A DNA stretch of 29,157 nucleotides, from IMG/VR virus record IMGVR_UViG_3300020045_004185, positions 1-29,157 of that record. One strand, written 5' to 3'. This document shows positions 13,591-23,973 of the stretch, one piece after another. The translations under genes and the position numbers were made by a program. A model generated the notes under the pieces. It did not search any database and was not told the origin of the DNA. It saw only the letters and a list, made by a program, of their open reading frames with translations. This DNA comes from a virus. Taxonomy: Duplodnaviria > Caudoviricetes. The first letter of the stretch is position 1, and every line of letters starts with the position of its first letter.

Positions 13591-15689
13591 GTCAAATAGC
13601 CGATTAAAGTTACTTTTAATCCAGCGCCCGCTATTGTATTACCTACTGAATCAATATCAATAGTTATTTCGGCATCGTCTGCTAATGTTGTATCTGAAAT
13701 TACTGCTTGAGTGGCCGCCGTTGTTGTTGTTTTTTCGCTTGCATCAAATGTTAGTTTAGTGCTTAATATCGAAGTACCCCCTTCATTAATATCAATAGTT
13801 AAAAGAGTGGATCCCGTTGGTGCTGTCGTTACCGATGCCCTAACCGCTGTCAATGTAATTGCATAAGGCATTCTAAATGTTACTTTTGCCGTTCCTGCTG
13901 TTAAAGCTGTGGTTTCGTCTGAGCATGCTAACTGTATTACTTTAGTTCTTAACTTATTATAATTTGTTTCGTCAATATGTCCCCATGTTACACCACTGCC
14001 TGCCGATTGTAACCCGCTTAAATTGTTATGGTTGGAAGGTGTTGAACCGCTTGCAAGTTCTGTTACCCTCCAATCTGTGTAGTTTGCACCTGCAGAATTG
14101 TTTACTACCCTTGCATTTACTGCATTGGTTAAAGATGTTTTACACTCTATAATAATTGACCATAAAGGAACAAACTCCGGAGCCGGTAATCCTGCCAATA
14201 ATGAACTTAATTCGTTGGCCTGTCCTGATGAGGCTAAAGCTATCGAATTGTATTGAGCCGTTCCCAAAAATACTAAAGGCTTTTTATTTATGTCTGCACT
14301 TCCAAAACCGTGGATATTAAAAAAGTTCCCGCTTGTTACTTCTGTCAGTTGCCATGTTGCCCCGGTCCATTCGTTAAACTGTGGCAATGGTGTTGCACCT
14401 ACAGGAAATGAATAACCTGCGTTTGTTCCCGATGTGAAATTACCGGAGGCACCAGATTTGTAAATATACCTAAATCCAACGGTTGAGGCTGTTGCTGTTG
14501 ATTCATCAATCAAATCCTCATCTATGATAGAGCCTAACGTGTTTCCAAATTGAGCATGAGAAGCCAAAGAACCGTCACCTATTACAATGCCATTTGGTGA
14601 AATACCGGAAAGGAATTGCGCACCCCTTGTCAAATGTAAGTTTAAATGTGTCCACGGTGTCATGCTTATGCCATGCCTTTCATCGTTAAATACATGTTGT
14701 TTGGCATCGGTTGCATTATAATAGATAATTGATACGATACATTTGTTTAATATAATATCAATAGCCTGTGCCTCAGTTGCATTTACCAAACTTGAAAGCG
14801 TTGCACCGTCAAAATATATGATATGCAAGCCGGTTGTATTGGCTAAAGTTACCGTTTGAGCAGTAGTTTTTTCGTATTTGTCACCTAATTGGTAATAGTG
14901 AAATTCTGTTCCTGTGGGTGCGATGGTAAAAACTCTTGTTGCATCTACAAAGGCTAATGATGTTCCTGTTCTTTGATCGGGTGGAAATCCGTTGGTATCT
15001 GTTACTTCCGCTGTTAAAGGACTCGTCAAAGTATCAACATATAATATCCCAGTAGTTGCATTTACAGTCTTAACAATACCTACAATAGTCAGATAGCTAC
15101 CATCTGTTGGAGCCGTTTCTGTTATAGCACCTGGTACTGTATCGGAAAGCATTACAATCTTCCCTGCTGTAAAAGATGATGTATCAATACCTCCAACCTC
15201 TCCAATCTTTGTTACCCTCCCGTTACTATTGTTTGCTATCTCGGTAGTGGCTACAAATATCCGCCTGCATTTCTCTTTTTCGTGTGAATTGGCCAAAGCA
15301 ACGGTATAATAACCGCTATTAATGCCATTGATATAAACTACTGCACCGTTAGCAATGGTTGAACCTGTTATGTTTCTTACAATAGGGCTTATCAGCTCCT
15401 CTCCAAGATTCAAAGTTATATCTAAATCTTCATTGTAAGTAGATAAAGCCTTTTTTAAATCATCAAAAAATAACAACCCTTCAGAATATTCCGGGTTTGG
15501 AAACTGTGGGTTAAATGTTACCGAATCAAAAGTATCCGTTCCTACCTCTGACTCCAATGCTGTTATCCTATCATCATTAAGGTTGTGTTTTGTCTTAATC
15601 TCATTGGCATCGTCATCCCACCATTGATTAATATGTACACCCTTTGCAACTATGCCTACTTTGTTATCGTATGTTATTTTATTTGCCAT
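13587..15689 (-). CDS. tail fibre-like structural protein
   Basis: 700 aa, Thr/Gly/Ser-rich; VRNITGSTIANGAVVYI module; C-terminal ACSDETTALT...TFRMP...GLKVTLIG module. Confidence 0.7.
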   Translation of the reverse strand: MANKITYDNKVGIVAKGVHINQWWDDDANEIKTKHNLNDDRITALESEVGTDTFDSVTFNPQFPNPEYSEGLLFFDDLKKALSTYNEDLDITLNLGEELISPIVRNITGSTIANGAVVYINGINSGYYTVALANSHEKEKCRRIFVATTEIANNSNGRVTKIGEVGGIDTSSFTAGKIVMLSDTVPGAITETAPTDGSYLTIVGIVKTVNATTGILYVDTLTSPLTAEVTDTNGFPPDQRTGTSLAFVDATRVFTIAPTGTEFHYYQLGDKYEKTTAQTVTLANTTGLHIIYFDGATLSSLVNATEAQAIDIILNKCIVSIIYYNATDAKQHVFNDERHGISMTPWTHLNLHLTRGAQFLSGISPNGIVIGDGSLASHAQFGNTLGSIIDEDLIDESTATASTVGFRYIYKSGASGNFTSGTNAGYSFPVGATPLPQFNEWTGATWQLTEVTSGNFFNIHGFGSADINKKPLVFLGTAQYNSIALASSGQANELSSLLAGLPAPEFVPLWSIIIECKTSLTNAVNARVVNNSAGANYTDWRVTELASGSTPSNHNNLSGLQSAGSGVTWGHIDETNYNKLRTKVIQLACSDETTALTAGTAKVTFRMPYAITLTAVRASVTTAPTGSTLLTIDINEGGTSILSTKLTFDASEKTTTTAATQAVISDTTLADDAEITIDIDSVGNTIAGAGLKVTLIGYLT

Positions 15690-15704
15690 AATATATTTTT
15701 TAAA

Positions 15705-16247
15705 CTATCCTGGTCCTGGTAACTCTTCCTCTTCAGATCCAAAACTCAAATCATAATTAAAATATAAGCCGGAAAGCTCCTGATGAAATCCGCTTATATC
15801 TACCGGCATTGCTGCCTCGTCTTCTTTTCCTTTAAACTTTAGTTCAAATCCGTTAAAATCTGGTTTTTCAGAACCGCTACTATTTGACAATTCGCAGTTA
15901 AGACCGTTCATTACTCCAAACATTAAATAAATACCGTTGTTTGTTTCTGCAATTACCCTGTATCTTGTTTTAGTATAAACACGTTGGTTAACAACTCCGT
16001 AAACCTTGTTTAAAAGTATCTTAATTTCCTGATCCCAATAGTAATCTCCTCCCTCTGTTCCTGTTCCCTGTGTGTAATTACCTTCGCATTCGTAAGGGTA
16101 AATGATAGTATCAGGGAAAGTATATAAAGAACCGTCAACAATTACTATCTCATTTTCATCGTAATCAACAAACTCGGCTAAATAAACCCTTTTAAGCCTA
16201 CCAACCGTGTCCTTGCACTGTCTAGGATACTCAGTTAGAAGGCTCAT
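15705..16247 (-). CDS. tail-tube-like structural protein (paralog of 18850-19593)
   Basis: Shares QCK..G, NG....G...G and K.DFNG..L motifs with 18850-19593. Confidence 0.6.
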   Translation of the reverse strand: MSLLTEYPRQCKDTVGRLKRVYLAEFVDYDENEIVIVDGSLYTFPDTIIYPYECEGNYTQGTGTEGGDYYWDQEIKILLNKVYGVVNQRVYTKTRYRVIAETNNGIYLMFGVMNGLNCELSNSSGSEKPDFNGFELKFKGKEDEAAMPVDISGFHQELSGLYFNYDLSFGSEEEELPGPG

Positions 16248-16767
16248 CTATCATCCAGTTATAGTGTGAATTACGATCTGAAAAGAACATACCAGAGTTT
16301 GTATCAACCTTTTGTGCATTTACCTCATCCTGCCATGTCTTATATTCTGGTATCGAATGTTTGCAAATCCATTTATTGAACCTTTGTATATACATTTGTG
16401 CCATTGAATGATACTTACCTGCTAATATTTCTATTTCCTGCCTTGTCAATGACTCTCTATTGTCTGCCGAATGTTTAAAAGTACCTCCATTTTCAACTAA
16501 AAAAGGACTTACCTCGATATATTCAGCAACGGCCTCGTTCTTTGTAATCGGTTTAATGAAATCATCAAATAAAGTTAGATAATCGTTGCATAATTCATCG
16601 TGTTCAAAGTCGTAAATTATCTTATCGTATAATTCAGTCCCCAATAAAGGCTCAATTACTGATACTTGAACATAGGCCACATTGGTAATATAGCGATCAG
16701 GATCAACATTGCCTCCCATTATGGTAGTGGCTGTTATCTCGGCCGGTGTTATAAATAGTGTTTCCAT
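16231..16767 (-). CDS. putative head-tail connector protein
   Basis: LFIT...GNVDPD...Q...IEPLLGTELYDKI; directly follows the portal gene. Confidence 0.65.
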   Translation of the reverse strand: METLFITPAEITATTIMGGNVDPDRYITNVAYVQVSVIEPLLGTELYDKIIYDFEHDELCNDYLTLFDDFIKPITKNEAVAEYIEVSPFLVENGGTFKHSADNRESLTRQEIEILAGKYHSMAQMYIQRFNKWICKHSIPEYKTWQDEVNAQKVDTNSGMFFSDRNSHYNWMIDEPSN

Positions 16768-16770
16768 ATC

Positions 16771-18468
16771 TTACATATCATGAGGTGCAACACTTACTAT
16801 ATTCTCATTTACAGGTACTTTAAAACCTTTACGCCTTGCTTCGCTTGTGGAAATGGTATCTAATAAAGTATTTTTAACATCGGTTGAAACATCTTTGCGT
16901 ACAAATATAACTCTGTTCCATTTATGCTTACAAGTGCCACCCGGAAATTCATCGGATAATAGTCCACCCCCTTTATATAGCCATATTGAATAAGGCTCAT
17001 TCGGGTTAGGACTCATTCCAAATCCGGGGTTAACGACTTTTGAACCCATTGCGATTATATCTTCTTTTCGATATAATTTATTCGCTCTTATCATTTGTTT
17101 GCAAAATTCCCTTTCACCTGTCGCACCTTCCGAACCGCTACGCCCTTGCTGATCTACATACCTATATCTTATAACGATGTCTTTATTATCTTGCATTGAA
17201 TAACCTTCGGGCCTTGCTGTTCCTGTGGATGCGGCAAACTTCAATTCAATATCGTCATTTTCATAATCAACCTCATTTTCGATGATTAAATCATAATCAG
17301 GATATTGGGTATCATCTTCACCCATTGAAATTAGTTCGTTTACCGGATGGTCGTGGCTAAATTTAACCTGTTTAGGTAGTATTTCAGCCGGTTCGCTTAA
17401 AGGTTTAAATGCTAAGTCCAAAGCCAACCCCAAAGAGGCTGCAATGGTTTCTAAAGCATCGGTAATAAACTGCTGTTTAGGTGCTATTATCCTTTTCATT
17501 AATTGGGCTTCTGCAACGTCTAATTCGTTTGCGTTGTTTCCAAGTCCTGTGTTATCTTTTATTCCGAATAGCATAGGACTTGTTACCCTGTGAGCTGTTA
17601 AAAGCTGTTGCCTTGCTTCGCTTGTTAAATACTGCCATTGTTCGTGGGCATTGTTTACCTCTATGGCTGTTACTGTTACGGCGGCTTCCGTTCCGTTAAA
17701 ATTGATAATGAAACGACCGGCATTGGCAGAGCCTGTTAAATTACCTTTGATTTTTCTTTCAATCTCTGTCTTTTCCTCTGGAGTATAAGAGTTACCGTTA
17801 GGAATATTAATAATGTAGCCAAATGATAAACCGTTTAAAATGTGGGATAAATAGTAATTGCTTATTTCCTCTTCGAGTTCGGCATATTGCAACCCAGCTA
17901 AATAATCAGGATCAGAAAAGTAAATCTTACCGGCTTTATATGGTCTGATAGGAAAACAAGCTACTTGATTTGGTTTTCCGCTATCAAAAATAGGTAGTTC
18001 TTCGGTGTTATCTTCATTGGGCCGTTTCCAATCTTCACAAAAGTAATAAGCCTCAACCTCGTTATCATCGTTCTTTCTTTTTGGTGCTGTCAATTGCTTT
18101 GGTAAGTGGTATAATGTAGGCAATTGGTTTGAACCCTTTGCAGGGATTATCTGAAATATTGCTTCGCCAAATAATTGAAAATCGTATATTATTTTTCTTA
18201 GTTCCTTATCGTTTAAAATCTTTTTGAATTTAAGCCAGTCGGTTACGTTGCTGTTTTTGTTCATCAAACCCCTTCCATAAATAAGATCAATGTAACTATT
18301 ATTAATAGCTGCATTTGTCGGGCTTCCGTTGTACCTATCAATGATATATTGATAAAATCCATTCCTTTTTCCATTCAAAACCCACTCCCTGCTTTTTGTT
18401 TCAATAACATCGGGTCGAACATATGAATTTAAAGCTATTAGCCGTATGTCGTTTTGAGCATCACTCAT
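16771..18468 (-). CDS. portal protein
   Basis: YNGSPTNAAI, YAELEEEISNY, TGSANAG, AHRVTSPMLFGIKD, GLGNNANEL. Confidence 0.8.
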   Translation of the reverse strand: MSDAQNDIRLIALNSYVRPDVIETKSREWVLNGKRNGFYQYIIDRYNGSPTNAAINNSYIDLIYGRGLMNKNSNVTDWLKFKKILNDKELRKIIYDFQLFGEAIFQIIPAKGSNQLPTLYHLPKQLTAPKRKNDDNEVEAYYFCEDWKRPNEDNTEELPIFDSGKPNQVACFPIRPYKAGKIYFSDPDYLAGLQYAELEEEISNYYLSHILNGLSFGYIINIPNGNSYTPEEKTEIERKIKGNLTGSANAGRFIINFNGTEAAVTVTAIEVNNAHEQWQYLTSEARQQLLTAHRVTSPMLFGIKDNTGLGNNANELDVAEAQLMKRIIAPKQQFITDALETIAASLGLALDLAFKPLSEPAEILPKQVKFSHDHPVNELISMGEDDTQYPDYDLIIENEVDYENDDIELKFAASTGTARPEGYSMQDNKDIVIRYRYVDQQGRSGSEGATGEREFCKQMIRANKLYRKEDIIAMGSKVVNPGFGMSPNPNEPYSIWLYKGGGLLSDEFPGGTCKHKWNRVIFVRKDVSTDVKNTLLDTISTSEARRKGFKVPVNENIVSVAPHDM

Positions 18469-18766
18469 ATTGTATAAAGTTTTTTGATACGTTGTACTCC
18501 TGCGTTTCCTGATTTGTTATTAAAACATTACACATGAATAAAGTATCTGTTGGGTTATATAAATCTAATTTGTACCGTTCCCCTTCCACAAATGTAGCTG
18601 TGAACTGTAAAGAAAGCAATCCATCGTCTCCGGCTATGGCATGTGTAACTGTTGTCACTACCTTAGTAGCAATGTTTGTCAATTCCAAAACGGTATTATC
18701 CAAGCTATACACCCTCGGTATAAACTTGATTTCATAATCTGCCGTTCCTGAATTTAATACTCTCAT
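18461..18766 (-). CDS. hypothetical structural protein
   Basis: IKFIPR motif; lies between tail tube and portal. Confidence 0.7.
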   Translation of the reverse strand: MRVLNSGTADYEIKFIPRVYSLDNTVLELTNIATKVVTTVTHAIAGDDGLLSLQFTATFVEGERYKLDLYNPTDTLFMCNVLITNQETQEYNVSKNFIQYE

Positions 18767-18773
18767 ATATTAT

Positions 18774-18798
18774 AAACTAAATAATCATTATTTTGTTG
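18774..18798 (-). promoter_or_regulatory. putative late-promoter motif, copy 1
   Basis: CAACAAAATA-N7-TTTAGTTT, repeated at 22167-22191. Confidence 0.5.
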
Positions 18799-18805
18799 TT
18801 AAAAT

Positions 18806-18829
18806 AAAAAAGCCCCCGAATTGGAGGCT
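18806..18829 (-). terminator. intrinsic terminator after the tail tube gene
   Basis: AGCCTCC/GGGGGCT stem followed by a T-run. Confidence 0.65.
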
Positions 18830-18849
18830 CTAATATTTTGCTAAATTTA

Positions 18850-19593
18850 CTATGCCGTAACTGTGATGGTTTTGGTTGCTGTCTTACCGTTTACGTCTGT
18901 GTAAGTGATAACGGTTGTTCCTGTTGCTACTCCGGTCACATAAACGCTATTAGTATTGTTATTCACTACGGTTGCTTTAGCAGGTGTACCAGATACCCAA
19001 GCATTAGCTACTGCGGGTATTCCACTACCTACCAATTGAATAGCTGCTGCAACTGCTACCGATGCAGGGCCACTAATATAAGGTGCTACTACTCCCAAGA
19101 AAGCTATTTGTGTTGCGCTGTCAAGTTTAGGGCTAAGCTCTGAAGTTGTTGCTACTCCGGTCAAAGTGTATCCATTGAAATCGGATTTAACACCTCCTGT
19201 ATTTTGCTCAACTGTGAAATCTATACCATCTTGAATACCTATTGCATGGAATACACCGTTGCGATCTTTTACCACTGCCATTGGATAACCTTTGGCCAAT
19301 AGGTTTAACTGAACACCTGCCGCGTAATCAATAGCTTTTAAGCTAACTGTCAAAGTTTGTGTGTTTACTGTGGTCCCTGTGTTACGGTCGGAAACCAACG
19401 ATTCAACCAATGTATTCAAATCGCCTTCAATCTCATATTCAAATACATTCGTTAGGGATGCGTTTTTCGCTGTCGCTTGCCCACCTACCAAAGTGAATGG
19501 GTCTTTTAGGTAAGGAAAAAAGTAGATGCTGCTAACCCCGCCTAATTGGGCTTTGCATTGCTTAATCCTTCCGTTTGTTATATCACATGCCAT
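18850..19593 (-). CDS. major tail (tube) protein with C-terminal Ig-like domain
   Basis: MACDITNGR..CK...GG; C-terminal WVSGTPAKATV...VTGVATGTTVIT...TITV (Big_2-like). Confidence 0.75.
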   Translation of the reverse strand: MACDITNGRIKQCKAQLGGVSSIYFFPYLKDPFTLVGGQATAKNASLTNVFEYEIEGDLNTLVESLVSDRNTGTTVNTQTLTVSLKAIDYAAGVQLNLLAKGYPMAVVKDRNGVFHAIGIQDGIDFTVEQNTGGVKSDFNGYTLTGVATTSELSPKLDSATQIAFLGVVAPYISGPASVAVAAAIQLVGSGIPAVANAWVSGTPAKATVVNNNTNSVYVTGVATGTTVITYTDVNGKTATKTITVTA

Positions 19594-19615
19594 ATTTTTA
19601 TTTTTTAAATGTTAT

Positions 19616-19646
19616 AAAAAAAGGGTGAGCAGTTTTGCCCACCCTT
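19616..19646 (-). terminator. intrinsic terminator after the major capsid gene
   Basis: AAGGGTGGGCA/TGCTCACCCTT stem followed by a T-run. Confidence 0.75.
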
Positions 19647-19667
19647 ACAAGTTTATTTATAAATCTA

Positions 19668-20600
19668 CTAAGTAGTAGTTAAAAGCCAAACAATCTCTGC
19701 AGAATTGTAATAACCCATACCACCGTTGTAAACCATTTTACCACGGATATTTCCAGTTAACAAACCAATTTCGTCTTCGTCAACAAATGTAAGTTCGTTA
19801 TGGTCGGCCTGTAATCCAGTTGCAAAAACAAGGTTTTTCTTTTGATAAACTAAGATAGTGTTATCAGGTAAACTGTTTACTTCGGTTAACATATACTTAC
19901 CAAATTTGGCTTGTTTAGGCTCTGCGTTACCATCGTTAGATATACCTTTGGAAATCAAATAAAAGGTATAGGCTTGGAATACATTTGCAGAAACTGCAAC
20001 GATTAAGTCTTTCGCTCTACGCAAAGAAACCGGAATAGCGGCCAAAGCAAGTTTAAGGTCGGCTTCGACTGTTGATTCTGTACAAGCGTGTCCGGGACCA
20101 GTTAGTCCATTACCGTCTTTTATGATAGCTGCATCGGATGCAAACTGAACTAAGAAACCATCTCCGAGTTCGCCATTGGTTGCATTAACTCCGTTCCATA
20201 TATCGTCATCAATCTTTTCAGCTTGTGATGCCAAAACTTCAACCATGATAGCCTCGTTAATATCAGCCGGCATGTTTGGATTTTTTGCACTTGCACCGCC
20301 TTTATCTTCTGACCAAGTTTGACGGAAGTCCTCTTTACAAATCTGTAAAGCGTTCATCACTTTCTTTGGTACGATCTGTTTTTCAGAAAGTACAACTGCA
20401 CCCTGAGGCACAAATCCGCAAGAATAATCGGTAGTACCATCGGTATAAGCGATCTTGCGAAGGTTCATTTTATAATTTACGTTTTCTGCTACGGTCAATA
20501 GACCTAATCTCAGGGTATCGGCCTCCTTAAAAGCGGCTCCGATAATTGCCCCGGCTTCCTTACCTACGTAATTACTGGAAGTTGTTACTGTTGTTGCCAT
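19668..20600 (-). CDS. major capsid protein
   Basis: 310 aa; follows the protease; QICKEDFRQTW and IWNG motifs; followed by a terminator. Confidence 0.8.
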   Translation of the reverse strand: MATTVTTSSNYVGKEAGAIIGAAFKEADTLRLGLLTVAENVNYKMNLRKIAYTDGTTDYSCGFVPQGAVVLSEKQIVPKKVMNALQICKEDFRQTWSEDKGGASAKNPNMPADINEAIMVEVLASQAEKIDDDIWNGVNATNGELGDGFLVQFASDAAIIKDGNGLTGPGHACTESTVEADLKLALAAIPVSLRRAKDLIVAVSANVFQAYTFYLISKGISNDGNAEPKQAKFGKYMLTEVNSLPDNTILVYQKKNLVFATGLQADHNELTFVDEDEIGLLTGNIRGKMVYNGGMGYYNSAEIVWLLTTT

Positions 20601-20625
20601 GTTATTTTAATTTATAAGTTAATTA

Positions 20626-21036
20626 CTAGGTTGCGGTAAAAGTACATCCAACGGTAGTCACAACTGAACCCTCTACAAACCATGATGTACCATCACTTTC
20701 TAAAGATACCCAGTCACCTGGTAAGAATTTAGCTACTACCAAAGTTATAGTATCTTCGGCACTTGCTGCCACTACTGCACCTGCTACTTGTGCGCTTCCA
20801 AAAATAAGGTTTGCACCTGCGGGAGTTACGATTGTCCAATCGGTTGTTGCGGTTGTTGTCTGACAAATGAATTTATAATACAATCCCGCTTTTACGGCTG
20901 GCAATGTGATTGCCTTTCCTGTTGCTGCTAATAAAAAGGTTTTTCCGCTATCGGCTGCGGTCAAAGTGGTAGCTGCCGAAAGTGCTTGATACCTATTAAC
21001 AGGCTTTACATCTTGATATGAAACTGTTACGCTCAT
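20626..21036 (-). CDS. putative capsid decoration protein
   Basis: TLTAADSGKTFLL...ITLPA..AGL...GDWV.L.SDGTSWFV; lies between protease and capsid genes. Confidence 0.55.
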   Translation of the reverse strand: MSVTVSYQDVKPVNRYQALSAATTLTAADSGKTFLLAATGKAITLPAVKAGLYYKFICQTTTATTDWTIVTPAGANLIFGSAQVAGAVVAASAEDTITLVVAKFLPGDWVSLESDGTSWFVEGSVVTTVGCTFTAT

Positions 21037-21046
21037 GTTTATTTAT

Positions 21047-22159
21047 TTAAGAGTTATTACGAATTTTATCTAAAATACGCCCTTGCTTATTAAGTGGAAT
21101 ATTTGCCATTCCTACTTTAGGCTTGCTTACTGGCTGTTCGGCCATTGTCACTACTTCGGTTTTTACTTTCGCAAATTCCAAATTCATTGCATCAATCTTA
21201 GCTTCCAATCTTGTTTGGTTTTCTTCGTACTTAACCAAAATAGATTTGATTGAATTGATACTTTCAGAAACATCGCTCAAAGGCATTGCCTCCTGTTTTG
21301 GTGCGGGTGCAGGTTCTGCCGGTTTTTCTCCTGCCGGTGCTTCTTTCGGTATGATCTCACCTACAATGCCCTCTTCGGTTACTACCATTGTTGAGCCATC
21401 CTCTAAAGGAAACTTCCCAACAGGTGCAGGTATCTTATTTTCTGGATCGGCTTTGTCGATTGCGAAAACGGGACTTCCAACTGCAAGGGTTTCCCCTTCG
21501 TATTCAAAAATCACATCTCCACCCTCAAGCATAACCTGTCCAAATTTCAATACCACTTCATCAGATTTTAATCCGACAAAGGTTTTCAATTTGTCTAATA
21601 CACTCATTTTTACTTGTTTTTGATTGTTAACTTTTTTTAGTTTAACCATTGCATCTATGCTAAAACCTTTTACTTTTCCTGTTTTCACATAATCAGTCCA
21701 AAGGCTTTCATCATTTATTTTCATTGCTATAACCCATGAGCCTTTTTGATATTCCATTCCGTAGGCATTGCTTTTATCCCTTTTCGGATCGTCAACAATC
21801 CAGGATTCAACAAAGGCAATATCTTTTATTTTCTTGTCATCGTGTTCTATTGATGAGTTTAATTGGTACCCATTTAAAAAGAAACCGTGTGCTAAATTTG
21901 CAACCGTTTCCGAATTGAAAATGATATTAAACTCTTCTCCGTCTTCGTTTCTGTAAATGGGTTTATTAGGCTCTAATACCAACCCTAAAAGGATTCTTTT
22001 TTCCTCGTCAATCGTGGCTAATTTTATTTCGTATGGTTTTTCATCTTCGCTAAGTGTTACAAAGTATTCTTGTGTCGCTGGGTTTTCAACTAATGAAATA
22101 CCGAACACGCCCTTAACGCTTTCGTCAAATATCGCCTCGTATGTAATTATCTCTGCCAT
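21047..22159 (-). CDS. prohead protease (XkdF-like) with C-terminal scaffold region
   Basis: ISLVENPA, PNKPIYR, IEH, VESWIV, GSW, VKGFSID. Confidence 0.8.
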   Translation of the reverse strand: MAEIITYEAIFDESVKGVFGISLVENPATQEYFVTLSEDEKPYEIKLATIDEEKRILLGLVLEPNKPIYRNEDGEEFNIIFNSETVANLAHGFFLNGYQLNSSIEHDDKKIKDIAFVESWIVDDPKRDKSNAYGMEYQKGSWVIAMKINDESLWTDYVKTGKVKGFSIDAMVKLKKVNNQKQVKMSVLDKLKTFVGLKSDEVVLKFGQVMLEGGDVIFEYEGETLAVGSPVFAIDKADPENKIPAPVGKFPLEDGSTMVVTEEGIVGEIIPKEAPAGEKPAEPAPAPKQEAMPLSDVSESINSIKSILVKYEENQTRLEAKIDAMNLEFAKVKTEVVTMAEQPVSKPKVGMANIPLNKQGRILDKIRNNS

Positions 22160-22166
22160 AACTATA

Positions 22167-22191
22167 AAACTAAAGGATTAATATTTTGTTG
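22167..22191 (-). promoter_or_regulatory. putative late-promoter motif, copy 2
   Basis: CAACAAAATA-N7-TTTAGTTT just upstream of the protease ATG. Confidence 0.5.
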
Positions 22192-22197
22192 CATTTT

Positions 22198-23973
22198 TTA
22201 TATTGATGCCGTTGTAACTGTTTTCCTGTCAAGTTCTTGTTGTGTTGAAACATCGCTACCTACTACATAGGCTTTTAGCGGTTGCCTATTACTATTCAAT
22301 CCCTCTGCAATTTGGTTTGTTCCTGTTCCTTGCACGATGTTAAACTGTGGAGGTGTTTGATTGCCTCCTGCCGAACCAAATGAAGGATTACTAGGACTTC
22401 CAACTCCTTCGCCATTGCCTGAATTCTTTAGTTTGGTTAACTGTGCTAGACTAAACGAACCCGCTAAACTCGCCATTACATAAGGATAACCAGGAAACAC
22501 AGTAGCAATAGGAGAAAGCGAAGCAGTTGTAAAAGCATTTTGAACTGCTTGTATTCCACTAGCTGCTATCTGTGCAATCTGCAAAGCTTTATATATCTTG
22601 CTATCCTTTTTAACCATCATTGAAAGTAGTTCGGCTGTTTGTCCCGCTATGTTTACGGTGGCCATTGCAACTGCTATATCAAGTTGCTTTTTCTCTTCTG
22701 CTTTCTTTTTCTCTTCGTTGGCAATCAAATCAAGATAGTATTTTTTGACTTCATACTTTTGCTGTTCGGTTGCATCCAATGCCTCAAGTGCTGCCATATC
22801 CCTTGACTGTTGTAGCATGATCCTATCGAGTTCAGTCTGGGCCGCGGCATCTTCGTTTTTCTGCCTAAACGAATCTTGAATTGATTGTATATTTGAAAGC
22901 CTTTCTTCTTCAGCTTTTATATCTGCCTCTATTTCGGCATCAATCTTTTTGTTTCTTTCATCCAATTCCTTTGCATCCAATTCGGCTCTTGCCTCTGCAT
23001 CGGCTTTCTGTTTTTCAAGTTTGGCGTTTTCTCTTTCTATTGCTGCCTGTTCAATAGCTGTTTTCTTGTCTGCAAATTCTTTTAAACGGTCTAACCCTTC
23101 AGCCTCTAATTGTATTAGGTTGGCTTTGGCTTCGGCTTGCTTATCTAAGTTTTCAACTGAACTGTCACCTAAAGCTATATTTGCTTCGATTATTGCAAGT
23201 TCCTGTTTGGCTAAATCGATTTTGTTCTTTGTGATCTGCTGTTGTATCTTGCTGGCCTTTTCGAGTTCCTTGTATCTTTCTAAATCTGTTTTTGTGGCAT
23301 CGTCCATTATCAGTTTAGTGGCTGCCAATTCCTTATTTAATCTTACCTCTTCTTGTAAATTTGCCCGCTTAGACTTAATATAATCATTTTCCAATTTGGC
23401 TACATCAACTGCACCTTTTCCGATCTTGACAAAACTCTGACCGATCTTTTTAGCAGTTTCAACCATTTCTTTTCCTAATGCAATGGTTTCGTTTTTGGTG
23501 TTTTCCATTGCCTCTTTTACCGATTGCTTACCAGTCAAAACATCTTTGGCGTTTTTCATTACAATCATAAGAGTACGGAAAGGAAGCATAAGATATTGGA
23601 CTGCCAATTTTAAGGCATTGAAAGCGATGATCGGGCCTTCTTTAATTATTTGTCCTAATACCTTCATCGTGGTTGCCAATACCTGACTACCCTTTTCAGA
23701 TGATTTCATCCAATCAACAAGCCCCGCAATGGCAATAACCAACAAACCTATTCCGGTTGCTGCAATGGCCCCTTTTAAAGTTTTCATTGTGGTTATGGCC
23801 TTTTTACCAAAGTCAAGAAAGCCCTTAGCCATGCCTCCTATCTGGGTATCCATCATACCAAATGATTCACCGGCATCCTTTGAAGTTTCTTTTATATTCT
23901 TATCAACCTCTTTTAGCTTTTGGTTGGCCTCATCGGTGTTTATGTCGATGATTATTTCTTTTTTAATTGCCAT
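22198..23973 (-). CDS. tape-measure-like protein
   Basis: Long coiled coil, AIAATGIGLLVIA segment, C-terminal PQFNIV...KAYVVGSDVSTQQELDR. Confidence 0.75.
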   Translation of the reverse strand: MAIKKEIIIDINTDEANQKLKEVDKNIKETSKDAGESFGMMDTQIGGMAKGFLDFGKKAITTMKTLKGAIAATGIGLLVIAIAGLVDWMKSSEKGSQVLATTMKVLGQIIKEGPIIAFNALKLAVQYLMLPFRTLMIVMKNAKDVLTGKQSVKEAMENTKNETIALGKEMVETAKKIGQSFVKIGKGAVDVAKLENDYIKSKRANLQEEVRLNKELAATKLIMDDATKTDLERYKELEKASKIQQQITKNKIDLAKQELAIIEANIALGDSSVENLDKQAEAKANLIQLEAEGLDRLKEFADKKTAIEQAAIERENAKLEKQKADAEARAELDAKELDERNKKIDAEIEADIKAEEERLSNIQSIQDSFRQKNEDAAAQTELDRIMLQQSRDMAALEALDATEQQKYEVKKYYLDLIANEEKKKAEEKKQLDIAVAMATVNIAGQTAELLSMMVKKDSKIYKALQIAQIAASGIQAVQNAFTTASLSPIATVFPGYPYVMASLAGSFSLAQLTKLKNSGNGEGVGSPSNPSFGSAGGNQTPPQFNIVQGTGTNQIAEGLNSNRQPLKAYVVGSDVSTQQELDRKTVTTASI

